Below the pieces are notes generated by a model that worked only from the letters and a program-made list of their open reading frames with translations, ran no database searches and had not been told where the DNA came from. Position numbers and translations under genes: made by a program. DNA of 64,000 nucleotides from an uncultured Nitrososphaerota archaeon (GTDB lineage: Archaea > Korarchaeota > Korarchaeia > Korarchaeales > Korarchaeaceae), in the NCBI GenBank assembly GCA_964594835.1, contig CAZQNA010000002.1:177800-241799 (forward strand), written 5' to 3'. Below are positions 37,883 to 46,546 of this stretch, one piece after another; position 1 is the first letter of the stretch; every line of letters starts with the position of its first letter.

Positions 37883-38730
37883 AACTTCACCTCCCTAACC
37901 AAGCTCTTTAACGCGAGAATTGCAGTAACAACAGCCACAATAAGGATGAGAGTCGCTGCCCAAGCGATCTGCTGCCAGTTCTCATAGCTCGTTTGAGAGA
38001 ACTTGTATATTAGGAGTGGTATCGCTCCAGAAGGGCCGAAAAAACCGTAGAAGCCGTGAAATGCCGAGCCTGCTGTGAACAGGATAGGCGCGGTCTCACC
38101 AATGGCCTTGGCCAGTCCAAGGAGAGCGCCTGTGAAAATTCCTCTTCTGGCTATCCCGAAAAACACGTAGAATACAGCTTTCGGTCTTGGTAGGCCTAAC
38201 GCGAAGGCTGCCTCCCTATACGTGTGCGGAATGCTCCGAAGAGCCTCACACACTTGGATGGTCACGTAGGGCAGCATCATTATTGCCAAGCTAACTGAGC
38301 CAGCTAACGTCGACGGCGTGCCCATCGGGACTACCAATACTACATACACAAACAGGCTCACGACTATGGATGGGAACTCGATTAGTAGATGTGAAATCGT
38401 CTCACTGAGTCTAGAAAGGATTGACTTTGGATACTCGGCCATGAATGTCCCGGCCAAGATACTTACGGGCAGGCTAATCAGGGAGGCGATAGTTACCATT
38501 GCTGCAGATCCTTTGATAACTGGTCCTATTCCACCAAGCTCGGAGCTCCCTGGGGCTGGGGGAGAGTCTATGAAGAACCTGGGGCCAGCCGAGATTATCA
38601 CGGGGAGACCTCTTGAGAACGCCTCAAAGACTATGTGGAGCATTGGCGCCACGGACGCGGCCGTTAGCACGAAAATAGCCAGCATCAGAACTCTATCCTT
38701 AATTATCCTGAGCTTAGAAACGGATTCCAT
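37879..38730 (-). CDS. pstA: Phosphate ABC transporter permease
   Basis: PSIVV, YREAAFALG and GETAPILFT; position in the operon. Confidence 0.93.
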   Translation of the reverse strand: MESVSKLRIIKDRVLMLAIFVLTAASVAPMLHIVFEAFSRGLPVIISAGPRFFIDSPPAPGSSELGGIGPVIKGSAAMVTIASLISLPVSILAGTFMAEYPKSILSRLSETISHLLIEFPSIVVSLFVYVVLVVPMGTPSTLAGSVSLAIMMLPYVTIQVCEALRSIPHTYREAAFALGLPRPKAVFYVFFGIARRGIFTGALLGLAKAIGETAPILFTAGSAFHGFYGFFGPSGAIPLLIYKFSQTSYENWQQIAWAATLILIVAVVTAILALKSLVREVKL

Positions 38731-39637
38731 ACTTTTTCACCCATCTAGATGCTATGTAGACCCCCAGAGTAGTGCTACCCATGCCTATCGCGAGCATGAC
38801 CAGAGTGGCTCCGTACAAGGCCGACGACATGTACCCGTACGTGAAGGCGTTACCGAACTGGCTGGCCAATAAGCTGGAGACTGTGTAGCCCGGGGCGAAG
38901 GGTGAGAGACTCATGTTGAATGCGTTACCAACAGTCATAGACACGGCGATGGTCTCACCAATGGCCCTGCCGAAGCCCAGCGCCGTTGCAGACACAATAG
39001 CCGGCTTTACCATTCCTATGAGCAGGCGTATAGCCTCCGTTCGAGTAGCCCCCAGACTCCAGATGGCCTCTCGGTATGTAAAGGGCACCATCGCGTAGCT
39101 CTCTCTAATGATCGCGGTGGTGTAAGGTGTAATCATAGCGGCCAGAACGACGGCAGCCGTGAAGATGCACTGCCCAGACGGCGAGTATGTTGCGAGATAT
39201 GGGATCCAACCAAAGATTCTGCTTATCGGGAAGGCTACGTGATCTCTAATGAAGGGAGCCAGGACCTTCATTCCCCATAAGCCATAGACCACCGTCGGTA
39301 GGCAAGCCATGACGTCCAAGACTGTCGAGAGCATCTCTCTCATCTTTTCTGGTGCGAATTCGTTGACAAATATAGCAGTAGATGTAGATAATGGTAATGA
39401 AAAGATTATCGCTAGCGATGAAGTGTAGAAGGTACCCCACAAAGCAGCGGCAATGCCGTACTTCTCCGCCTCTGGGTTCCCTTCTGGGGCCCTCCAGACA
39501 TTGGTCAAGACAAAGCTAACCCCCTCCCTGCTGAGAATTGGTATTGACTTATACGTAATGACTGCAAGCATCGCAACAAGCAAGAGGAAGAGGGTTATTG
39601 AGAAAACAGAAGTGAACAGCTTGAACCTATCGTGCAT
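38714..39637 (-). CDS. pstC: Phosphate ABC transporter permease
   Basis: LPTVVYGLWG, LGATRTE and GRAIGETIAV. Confidence 0.93.
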   Translation of the reverse strand: MHDRFKLFTSVFSITLFLLLVAMLAVITYKSIPILSREGVSFVLTNVWRAPEGNPEAEKYGIAAALWGTFYTSSLAIIFSLPLSTSTAIFVNEFAPEKMREMLSTVLDVMACLPTVVYGLWGMKVLAPFIRDHVAFPISRIFGWIPYLATYSPSGQCIFTAAVVLAAMITPYTTAIIRESYAMVPFTYREAIWSLGATRTEAIRLLIGMVKPAIVSATALGFGRAIGETIAVSMTVGNAFNMSLSPFAPGYTVSSLLASQFGNAFTYGYMSSALYGATLVMLAIGMGSTTLGVYIASRWVKKYGIRF

Positions 39638-39694
39638 TCCTACTTATCACCTCCTCGGGCGAGAGCGTCGCGGTAGTAGTCGCTCGCTGCCATC

Positions 39695-40831
39695 TCAGCC
39701 CCTCAGCTCTTGAGCGACCTTCAACCCTATACTGGCGGCCTCCGGGGGTAGAGGAACGTAGCCCTCGACGATGCGCTCAGGTTTCTGTCCCTCAGTCACT
39801 ATCCACTCGATGAAGTCGGCCAGAGTTCTGGCTTTGAATGCGTCATAGCTGTCCTTCCCCTTGACGATGAAGTGACTGAAGGCTATTATGGGGTAGGACT
39901 CATCTCCAGGGGGATTGAGTACGATTTCAAGCTCTCCCTCCCAATTTGCGTCTGGCTCGGGGAGTCTCAGAGTAACATTGGCTACGCCCTTCGCTATGCT
40001 ATCTGTGGTGGGGAGGACGAACTTTCCGTTCCTATTCTGAAGAGCGGCCACACCCAGGCCACCAGTGTAGGCGAGTTCGACGTAACCAATCGAATACGGC
40101 GTGTTCTTCACCGTCTCTGCGACTCCTTGGTTACCTGGGGCCCCTACCCCGCGACCCAGGGCATCTAAGGGCCACTCAACCAACTTACCAGCCCCCACTC
40201 TCTCCTTCCACTCGTCCGACACGAGGCTGAGGTAGGTGGTGAATACGCAGGTAGTTCCACTGGAGTCGCTCCTGTGGACTAGAACTATCTGTTTGTGGGG
40301 CAGGCGGCCAGCCACTTCTGGATTGAGTTCCCTTACCACGCTGTCGTCCCAGTACTCCACCTCGCCCAGCAGGATCTTCACTAGCACTTCCGGAGTTAGC
40401 TTCAAGTGGTAATCAGGCGGAATCTCGGGGAGATTGTATACAACCGCTACTCCGCCGACTATTATGGGGAACTGATAGATCTTGCCGTACTTCTGAGCGG
40501 CGGTTCTCCAAGTCTCCGTGGTCAAGGGTGGATCGCTTGCGGCAAAATCAACAACGCCGTTAATTATGTCGTTCTGACCCTTCCCGCTGCCACCACCAAC
40601 GTACTCGACGTAGACGTTGGAGTTCTTTGAGGTATACTCTTTAATCCACGCCTGGATTTGCGCCTCCGGAAATGTGGCGCCACTCCCCTTCAACAAGATT
40701 GGTTGGTGGCTCTCGGGAGCCCCCCTGCCTTCTGAACTTTTGGGAATTCTAGAGGGGCCTCCTAGATACAAGATCCCGAGCATCACCAACCCTAGGACAA
40801 CACACACGGCCGCTGCCTTCTTCCCTCCCAT
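39695..40831 (-). CDS. pstS: Phosphate ABC transporter substrate-binding protein
   Basis: GSGATFP, GGGSGKG, DFAASD, HRSDSSGTT and SIGYVE; N-terminal membrane anchor. Confidence 0.95.
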   Translation of the reverse strand: MGGKKAAAVCVVLGLVMLGILYLGGPSRIPKSSEGRGAPESHQPILLKGSGATFPEAQIQAWIKEYTSKNSNVYVEYVGGGSGKGQNDIINGVVDFAASDPPLTTETWRTAAQKYGKIYQFPIIVGGVAVVYNLPEIPPDYHLKLTPEVLVKILLGEVEYWDDSVVRELNPEVAGRLPHKQIVLVHRSDSSGTTCVFTTYLSLVSDEWKERVGAGKLVEWPLDALGRGVGAPGNQGVAETVKNTPYSIGYVELAYTGGLGVAALQNRNGKFVLPTTDSIAKGVANVTLRLPEPDANWEGELEIVLNPPGDESYPIIAFSHFIVKGKDSYDAFKARTLADFIEWIVTEGQKPERIVEGYVPLPPEAASIGLKVAQELRG

Positions 40832-41006
40832 GATTCTCACTACTGCTCAAAAAGAGTGAATTAGAAAAAAAGATTTCCCAAAAGGGTCCACATGGTATAT
40901 TACACGTCCAGCTTTGAGTGGAGAGTCGTGTGGGCTCCCTGGCGTTCAATCCATATGGTTATCCTAATATCTTAGTCAGCGGCTCGCAGAGTTCCATAGG
41001 ATACAT

Positions 41007-41975
41007 ATGCCAAGATACGGGGACATACGAAAAGTGCAGTCCATCAAGGACTCCTACCTAGTGTACCTCCCCAAGGAGTGGTGCAAGAGAAATGAGGTCG
41101 ACAGGGGGAGTGAGGTATCCATACTTGATCTCGGAGATATCCTACTCATCGTTCCTAGAAGAAATCAGCAAAGTGTGGCTAAGATCTCCTTAGATGGGTT
41201 GTCCCCAGAAGAGATAGAGGTCTACATATACGCATTCTACGTAGCTGGGTTCGACCGGATCGAACTGGTTAAGGAGGCCTCTATTAGCCTCGATGAGAGG
41301 TACTTCACAAGATCCTTGATTAAGAGGCTCCTTGGCATGGAGATAGTCCACGAAGAAGCAAATAAGTTGATTTTGGGGGAGGTGATGTCTCCCGGGGATA
41401 TCTCGTCATTAATTCTGAGGAGCTTCCAGCTGGTAGGCCTGGCAATGAACTATCTCCTCTCTTTGCTAGACGGAACTGGTAGGCCAGAGATTATAGGAGA
41501 GGCCGAGGAAGAGGTAGATAGATTCTTTTTCGCCGTCCAGAGGAGGGCCCATCGGCTGACCACATCTCCATCAGACGCCGCGGTCTTTGGCCTGCTGGAT
41601 CGAATGAACTACGTTCAAATAATGAAGTACTTAGAGCGAGTATCGGATCACATAAAGGAACTGGCTTTTGAGATTGCGGCTGACGGCACGACTCTCCCAA
41701 AGGGGTTTGTTGAGGATGTGATAGATCTCTATAACAGATGCTTGCAGGCGTTTACAGAGAAGAGCGCCGAAAAGGCGTTCAATGTAATCAGGAGAAGACA
41801 GACCCTCCGTGAGAGACTGTTTAGAGAGGTGAGTAACAAGACCGTCCTGATGCATCTAATGAGGATTGTTGACTACGTGTCCGACATATCCGAAGTTGTG
41901 CTGGACATGGCGCTGAGATCCAGGGGGAAGGTCGGCATAGAGTTCGCTGAGAAACGTAGCGAAGACGAGATCTAA
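41007..41975 (+). CDS. phoU: Archaeal phosphate uptake regulator (AbrB domain plus PhoU repeats)
   Basis: RKVQ...SYLVYLPKEW AbrB N-terminus; EEEVDRFFF and LERVSDH; divergent from pstS. Confidence 0.9.
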   Translation: MPRYGDIRKVQSIKDSYLVYLPKEWCKRNEVDRGSEVSILDLGDILLIVPRRNQQSVAKISLDGLSPEEIEVYIYAFYVAGFDRIELVKEASISLDERYFTRSLIKRLLGMEIVHEEANKLILGEVMSPGDISSLILRSFQLVGLAMNYLLSLLDGTGRPEIIGEAEEEVDRFFFAVQRRAHRLTTSPSDAAVFGLLDRMNYVQIMKYLERVSDHIKELAFEIAADGTTLPKGFVEDVIDLYNRCLQAFTEKSAEKAFNVIRRRQTLRERLFREVSNKTVLMHLMRIVDYVSDISEVVLDMALRSRGKVGIEFAEKRSEDEI

Positions 41976-42399
41976 AAGAAGCTATTTAGCCAATAACTCC
42001 GCTTAAAGAGAAAGAGTAGGGTTCTATGGTCCTGTCTTCTGTTAGAGGGTTTTACGGGGGGCCTCCGGCTCTTGCTTCGGCGAGATACTCCCTCTGAGGC
42101 GCCACTGGCTGGTGACTAATGATTCCCTAACCTGCTGGTTCTCGCAAGACAAACACTTGGTTCAATTGCCTCCCGGATCAAGTGGCGATGTGTCATGGCG
42201 AGGGCTACATTATCGACAATTAAAGTTGCGCCGGAAGCCCGGCACAGCTACAGGTTGTCTTCCTTCTGCCTAGAACTCTCCTCTCGGATCAAATTCGATT
42301 GGGGCTTGGGCTCTTTAGAGCTACCGCGGCCTCTTGAGCCTGGGCGATTTATACACACCTCTTCAGAACCAGCTACTCGATACGAGATCCATGTCGTGG

Positions 42400-42576
42400 C
42401 CAGGGCGCCCGGCGGATGAGTTACAGGAGCTCGACGGAGAGATCCAGGGGCCTTCCCGAGATGTGGCGGACGGTCTGATATCCCCGAAGGCCGCCGCGGA
42501 GTACTACGGAGTCGCGGTCGCCGCGGACGGGAGGATAAATTGGAGACGGACTTCAGAGCTCAGGGCCGAGCGCTGA
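42400..42576 (+). pseudogene. C-terminal remnant of a hydantoinase B/oxoprolinase family gene
   Basis: RDVADGLISPKAAAEYYGVAV...INWRRTSELR matches the family C-terminus; the upstream part is missing. Confidence 0.6.
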
Positions 42577-42710
42577 GAGTCGTGCGTCCCCGGCCCCAGC
42601 CAGTCTCCTTGGCAGGATCCCCGAGAAAATGGCGCCTCCTGTCCGCCAGCGGCCGCGCTGAGTGCGAAGGGAGTGAACCTCCAAAAAGGGAGGCGGAGGA
42701 GGTAGGGGCC

Positions 42711-44051
42711 TCAGATCGGCTTGACGAACCCCCACTTCTCCAGGGCCCTTTTGAGCTCCCTGTGGGTCTCCGCGTACTCGTCCAGCGGGACCCCCTCGGC
42801 TATCGCTTCGAGAGCCTGCCTCACGGCTATCGCCCCGGCCCTGGGGCCGTCGGGGTGTCCGATCACCCCGCCCCCGACCTGTATGACGAGGTCCCTCCCC
42901 AGGGCCCTGACCACGTCCGGCAGGGTGCCGGGATGCAGGCCCCCGGACGAGACGGGGAAGGCGGGCCTTATGTGGTACATCCTCTGCTCCAGGTGGAAGT
43001 CGTCGTCCGGGTCCGGCCTGAAGTGCTCCTCCCTGAGTATGGCGGCGTACCTGATCACCTCCTTGGCCTTGGCCTCCAGCTTGCCGACGCCCGGGGTGCC
43101 GATGTGGATCTGGTCGACGCCTACTATCCTGCAGAGCTTTGCCAGGACGTACATGGAGATGCCGTGGCGGGGGTTCCTCGTGAAGGCAGAGTGCATCGCC
43201 CTGTGGGCGTGTATCGCGACCCCGTGCTCCTCGGCCAGGTCCCTCACGTAGGTTAGGGAGGACCAGCCAGCCACCACCACGTCCACCATGACGAATGGGT
43301 TCCCGAGGTCCGCCACGAGCTTGAGCCTCTTCTCCATCTCCCTGACGTCCGACGTTATGTTGGCGAACCAAACCTTCTTCTCGCCGGTCTCGCTCTCCAC
43401 CCTCTCTATTACCTTCATTATCGCCTCCGCCCTCTCCTCGAACCTGCAGTAGCTGGGATCGGTCAGGTTCTCGTCGTCCTTGATGTAGTCCATCCCGCCG
43501 CTGAGGATCTCGTAGGCGAGCCTCTCCACCTCGTCCGGGGTGTAGCCGACCTTGGGCTTCGGCACCGTCCCGACGATCGGCCTGTCGCGGACCCCGAATA
43601 TCTCCCGGACCCCGCTGATCCCCCTGCTGGGTCCCCTGAAGTCCCTGAGGAACGCCTCCGGGAGGTAGATGTCCTCCACTCTCAGTCCGTCGATCCTCTT
43701 CATGCCGAACACGTTGCCCGCGACCGACGCGAGCAGGCCTGGCATGTTCCCCCTCTCGAAGAGCTCCACGGGGTACGCCACCCTGACGAGGTAGGACCCG
43801 TCCCCGAGGTCCTTGAAGAAGTAGGCCTTTCCCATGAGCCTGTCGATCCTGCCCTGGTCGTACCAGTTGTAGAGCGTCGTCCAGGTTCCGACGCTGCTCT
43901 CCGCCGCCACGGCGCCGGCCGCGTCCTCCACCGTGAACCCAGGGGCCGGCTTCACCCTGAAGGTCACGATCACGTCGGCCTCGGGATCGGGCGAGTAGTC
44001 CCTCCTGACGAAGCGGGAGTATGGCTCGAACTCCTCGGGCAAGTCTCGCAC
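42711..44051 (-). CDS. rbcL: Form III ribulose-1,5-bisphosphate carboxylase large subunit
   Basis: AAESSVGTWT, GTVPKPKVG, DYIKDDENL, HAHRAMH, GKLE, SSGGLHPG and QVGGGVIGHP; catalytic set appears intact. Confidence 0.97.
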   Translation of the reverse strand: MRDLPEEFEPYSRFVRRDYSPDPEADVIVTFRVKPAPGFTVEDAAGAVAAESSVGTWTTLYNWYDQGRIDRLMGKAYFFKDLGDGSYLVRVAYPVELFERGNMPGLLASVAGNVFGMKRIDGLRVEDIYLPEAFLRDFRGPSRGISGVREIFGVRDRPIVGTVPKPKVGYTPDEVERLAYEILSGGMDYIKDDENLTDPSYCRFEERAEAIMKVIERVESETGEKKVWFANITSDVREMEKRLKLVADLGNPFVMVDVVVAGWSSLTYVRDLAEEHGVAIHAHRAMHSAFTRNPRHGISMYVLAKLCRIVGVDQIHIGTPGVGKLEAKAKEVIRYAAILREEHFRPDPDDDFHLEQRMYHIRPAFPVSSGGLHPGTLPDVVRALGRDLVIQVGGGVIGHPDGPRAGAIAVRQALEAIAEGVPLDEYAETHRELKRALEKWGFVKPI

Positions 44052-44273
44052 CTCCCGCCTCCACCGGACGTCCCCTCTATAAGTCTTCCAGAGCCCCCGG
44101 ATCCCCCAAAAGGAGTCTCCCGGCGACTTAGAGGCTGAGGCTTCCCGTCCGGGTGGGAAGAACTCGCTCGGGACCCCCTCAGACGGTGAGGAGGCTCCGC
44201 CGGCCTGCCGCCGGCATCTCGCCGGGGGTCAAAACATTTAGCCCGTTTCGCGGGGTCACCCCGGGTGACGTCG

Positions 44274-45374
44274 ATGGTCAGGACCACACTCTCCGTCATC
44301 AAGGCCGACGTCGGGAGCCTCGCCGGTCACCACGTGGCCCCGCCTCAGCTGCTGGAGGTGGCGAGGCAGGAGCTGGCGAAGGCCAAGAAGGAGGGCCTGA
44401 TAGAGGACTTCTACGTAACGAGGGTCGGGGACGACCTGGAGCTCATAATGACCCATCGGAAGGGCGAGGAGAGCGAGGAGATACACACCCTGGCCTGGGA
44501 GACCTTCAAGAAGGCGGCAGACGCCGCAAGGGAGCTGGGCCTCTACGGCGCCGGACAGGACCTGCTGAGCGACGCCTTCTCCGGGAACCTCAGGGGGATG
44601 GGCCCGGGCTACGCCGAGGTGGAGTTCGAGGAGAGGCCGGCAGAGCCCGTGGTCGTGTTCATGGCCGACAAGACCGAGCCGGGGGCCTTCAACCTCCCGG
44701 TGTTCAGGATGTTCGCAGACCCCTTCAACACCGCCGGCCTCGTGATAGCCCCCAGGCTCCACAGGGGATTCACCTTCGAGGTGATGGACGTTCACGAGGG
44801 CAAGATCGTCGAGCTGAACGCGCCTGAGGAGACGTACGACCTCCTCGCCCTCATCGGCGCGCCGGAGAGGTATGTGATCAGGCGGGTCTACACGAGGGAG
44901 GAGCCGAGGGACGTCGCTGCCGCGGTGAGCACAACCAGGCTCAACCTGATAGCTGGCAAGTACGTTGGCAAGGATGACCCCGTGGCCATAGTCAGGGCCC
45001 AGAGCAAGTTTCCCGCCCTGGGAGAGGTCCTCGAACCCTTCGCGTTCCCGCACCTGGTCGCGGGGTGGATGAGGGGATCCCACAACGGCCCCCTCATGCC
45101 GGTGAGCGAGGCCGACGCCAGGCCCAGCAGGTTCGACGGCCCCCCGAGGGTGGTGGCGCTGGGCTTCAACGTGAAGGACTCCAAGCTCATCGGCCCCAGC
45201 GACCTCTTCTCGGACGTGGCCTTTGACAGGGCGAGGAGGCTCGCAAACGAGATAGCAGACTACCTCAGGAGGCACGGCCCCTTCATGCCCCACAGGCTCG
45301 GCTCGGAGGAGATGGAGTACACCACCCTGCCCCAGGTCTTGGAGAAGCTGAGGGACAGGTTCAGGGAGGCCTGA
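44274..45374 (+). CDS. fbp: Fructose-1,6-bisphosphate aldolase/phosphatase
   Basis: SVIKADVGS, LYGAGQDLL, ADKTEPGAFN, YVGKDDP, GWMRGSH and MEYTTLP. Confidence 0.97.
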   Translation: MVRTTLSVIKADVGSLAGHHVAPPQLLEVARQELAKAKKEGLIEDFYVTRVGDDLELIMTHRKGEESEEIHTLAWETFKKAADAARELGLYGAGQDLLSDAFSGNLRGMGPGYAEVEFEERPAEPVVVFMADKTEPGAFNLPVFRMFADPFNTAGLVIAPRLHRGFTFEVMDVHEGKIVELNAPEETYDLLALIGAPERYVIRRVYTREEPRDVAAAVSTTRLNLIAGKYVGKDDPVAIVRAQSKFPALGEVLEPFAFPHLVAGWMRGSHNGPLMPVSEADARPSRFDGPPRVVALGFNVKDSKLIGPSDLFSDVAFDRARRLANEIADYLRRHGPFMPHRLGSEEMEYTTLPQVLEKLRDRFREA

Positions 45375-45469
45375 GTTTCACCCACCCGTCCCCCTCGGCG
45401 CCTGCGGGGATATTCGTCGGCGGATCTCCCCGCCGACAACAGCTTCTTTTTCTCCACCCCCTGAGGCCC

Positions 45470-46192
45470 GTGTACCCACCACCGAGGCTGTCGGCCACCC
45501 TGGTAGGGGTCATCCTGGCGATCTCTGCTGGGACCCTGTTCCTCTCCGGGGCGGTGAGGGTCGAGAGGGTTCCCCCGCCCGCCGCCCGAGTCGAGGGCCT
45601 CATCCGCCTCCCCCAGCCGGAGCTGACGGGCGAGGTGAGCGTGGAGGAGGCCATCGCCCGGAGGAGGTCGATCAGGTCCTACTCCGACTCCCCCCTGAGG
45701 CTTGAGGAGATCTCCCAGCTCCTCTGGGCCGCTCAGGGGATTACGGATCCGGTCAGGGGGTTCAGGTCGGCTCCCAGCGCCGGGGCGACCTATCCCCTGG
45801 CCGTGTTCCTCGTCGTCAGGGAGGGAGGGGTCCCTGGGCTCGGGGCGGGCGTCTACGAGTACCTCCCGGCCGAGCACTCCCTCAGGCCAGTTAGGTCGGG
45901 GGACCTCTCGCGTGAGCTGGCCGAGGCGGCCCTGGGACAGCCCTGGGTCAGAGACGCCCCCGCCTGCCTCGTGATCGCGGCCGACTACTCGAGGACCACG
46001 TCGGTCTACGGGGAGAGGGGGGTGAGGTACGTCCACATGGAGGCGGGCCACGTCGGGGAGAACGTCTACCTTCAGGCCACCGCCATGGGGCTGGGGACTG
46101 TGGCCGTTGGCGCGTTCCACGACTCGGAGGTGGCGGAGATACTCCAGACGGACCTCGCCCCCCTCTACATCTTCCCGGTCGGGAGGGTCTAG
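45470..46192 (+). CDS. SagB/ThcOx family nitroreductase-like FMN protein with an N-terminal membrane anchor
   Basis: RRRSIRSY, SQLLWAAQG, RSAPSAGATYP and EAGHVGENVYLQA. Confidence 0.92.
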   Translation: MYPPPRLSATLVGVILAISAGTLFLSGAVRVERVPPPAARVEGLIRLPQPELTGEVSVEEAIARRRSIRSYSDSPLRLEEISQLLWAAQGITDPVRGFRSAPSAGATYPLAVFLVVREGGVPGLGAGVYEYLPAEHSLRPVRSGDLSRELAEAALGQPWVRDAPACLVIAADYSRTTSVYGERGVRYVHMEAGHVGENVYLQATAMGLGTVAVGAFHDSEVAEILQTDLAPLYIFPVGRV

Positions 46193-46193
46193 C

Positions 46194-46403
46194 GTGGGAT
46201 GGGAGCTCGTGCTTGACCACTGCGCGGCGGGGCGGCTGGCCGTGTACTACGGGGCGGCGACCGTCCTCACCGGGGCGGCCCTGGCCCTCGCCCAGCGGTC
46301 GAGGGACCCCAGGCTCCTAAGGGTAGCTCCCTACCTCAGGCTGGCACACGTCACGCTGGGGGCCGTCTCGGCCCTCCTCGGGCTGCTGACGTACCTGGCC
46401 TGA
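46194..46403 (+). CDS. Small two-TM membrane protein
   Basis: Hydrophobic 69-aa ORF starting 1 bp after the upstream stop. Confidence 0.55.
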   Translation: MGWELVLDHCAAGRLAVYYGAATVLTGAALALAQRSRDPRLLRVAPYLRLAHVTLGAVSALLGLLTYLA

Positions 46404-46546
46404 CGCCCTCAGCTGAGAGGCCGCTTGTGACTGGGGCCTTCGGCTACGAGACGTCGATTATTCCATCTGGCGCCAACACACCAGCCAGCGGGGCGAACCA
46501 CCTCTATGTCATCGCAGACTCCCCCGGGAGATTCTCAAGGACCCGG

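Larger units (their letters stand above)
36790..42400. other. Lower-GC segment carrying pstSCAB-phoU (probable horizontally acquired cassette)
   Basis: Visible drop in GC and different third-position usage versus the flanks; no mobility gene; boundaries approximate. Confidence 0.65.

Noticed and set aside
42711-44051. Calvin-cycle autotrophy or a RuBisCO-like protein (form IV)
   Set aside because: No small subunit or PRK is in the window, and the full catalytic motif set argues for form III rather than form IV.
45470-46403. RiPP (TOMM) biosynthesis implied by the SagB-type dehydrogenase
   Set aside because: No YcaO or precursor peptide lies nearby, and stand-alone SagB-like nitroreductases are common in archaea.
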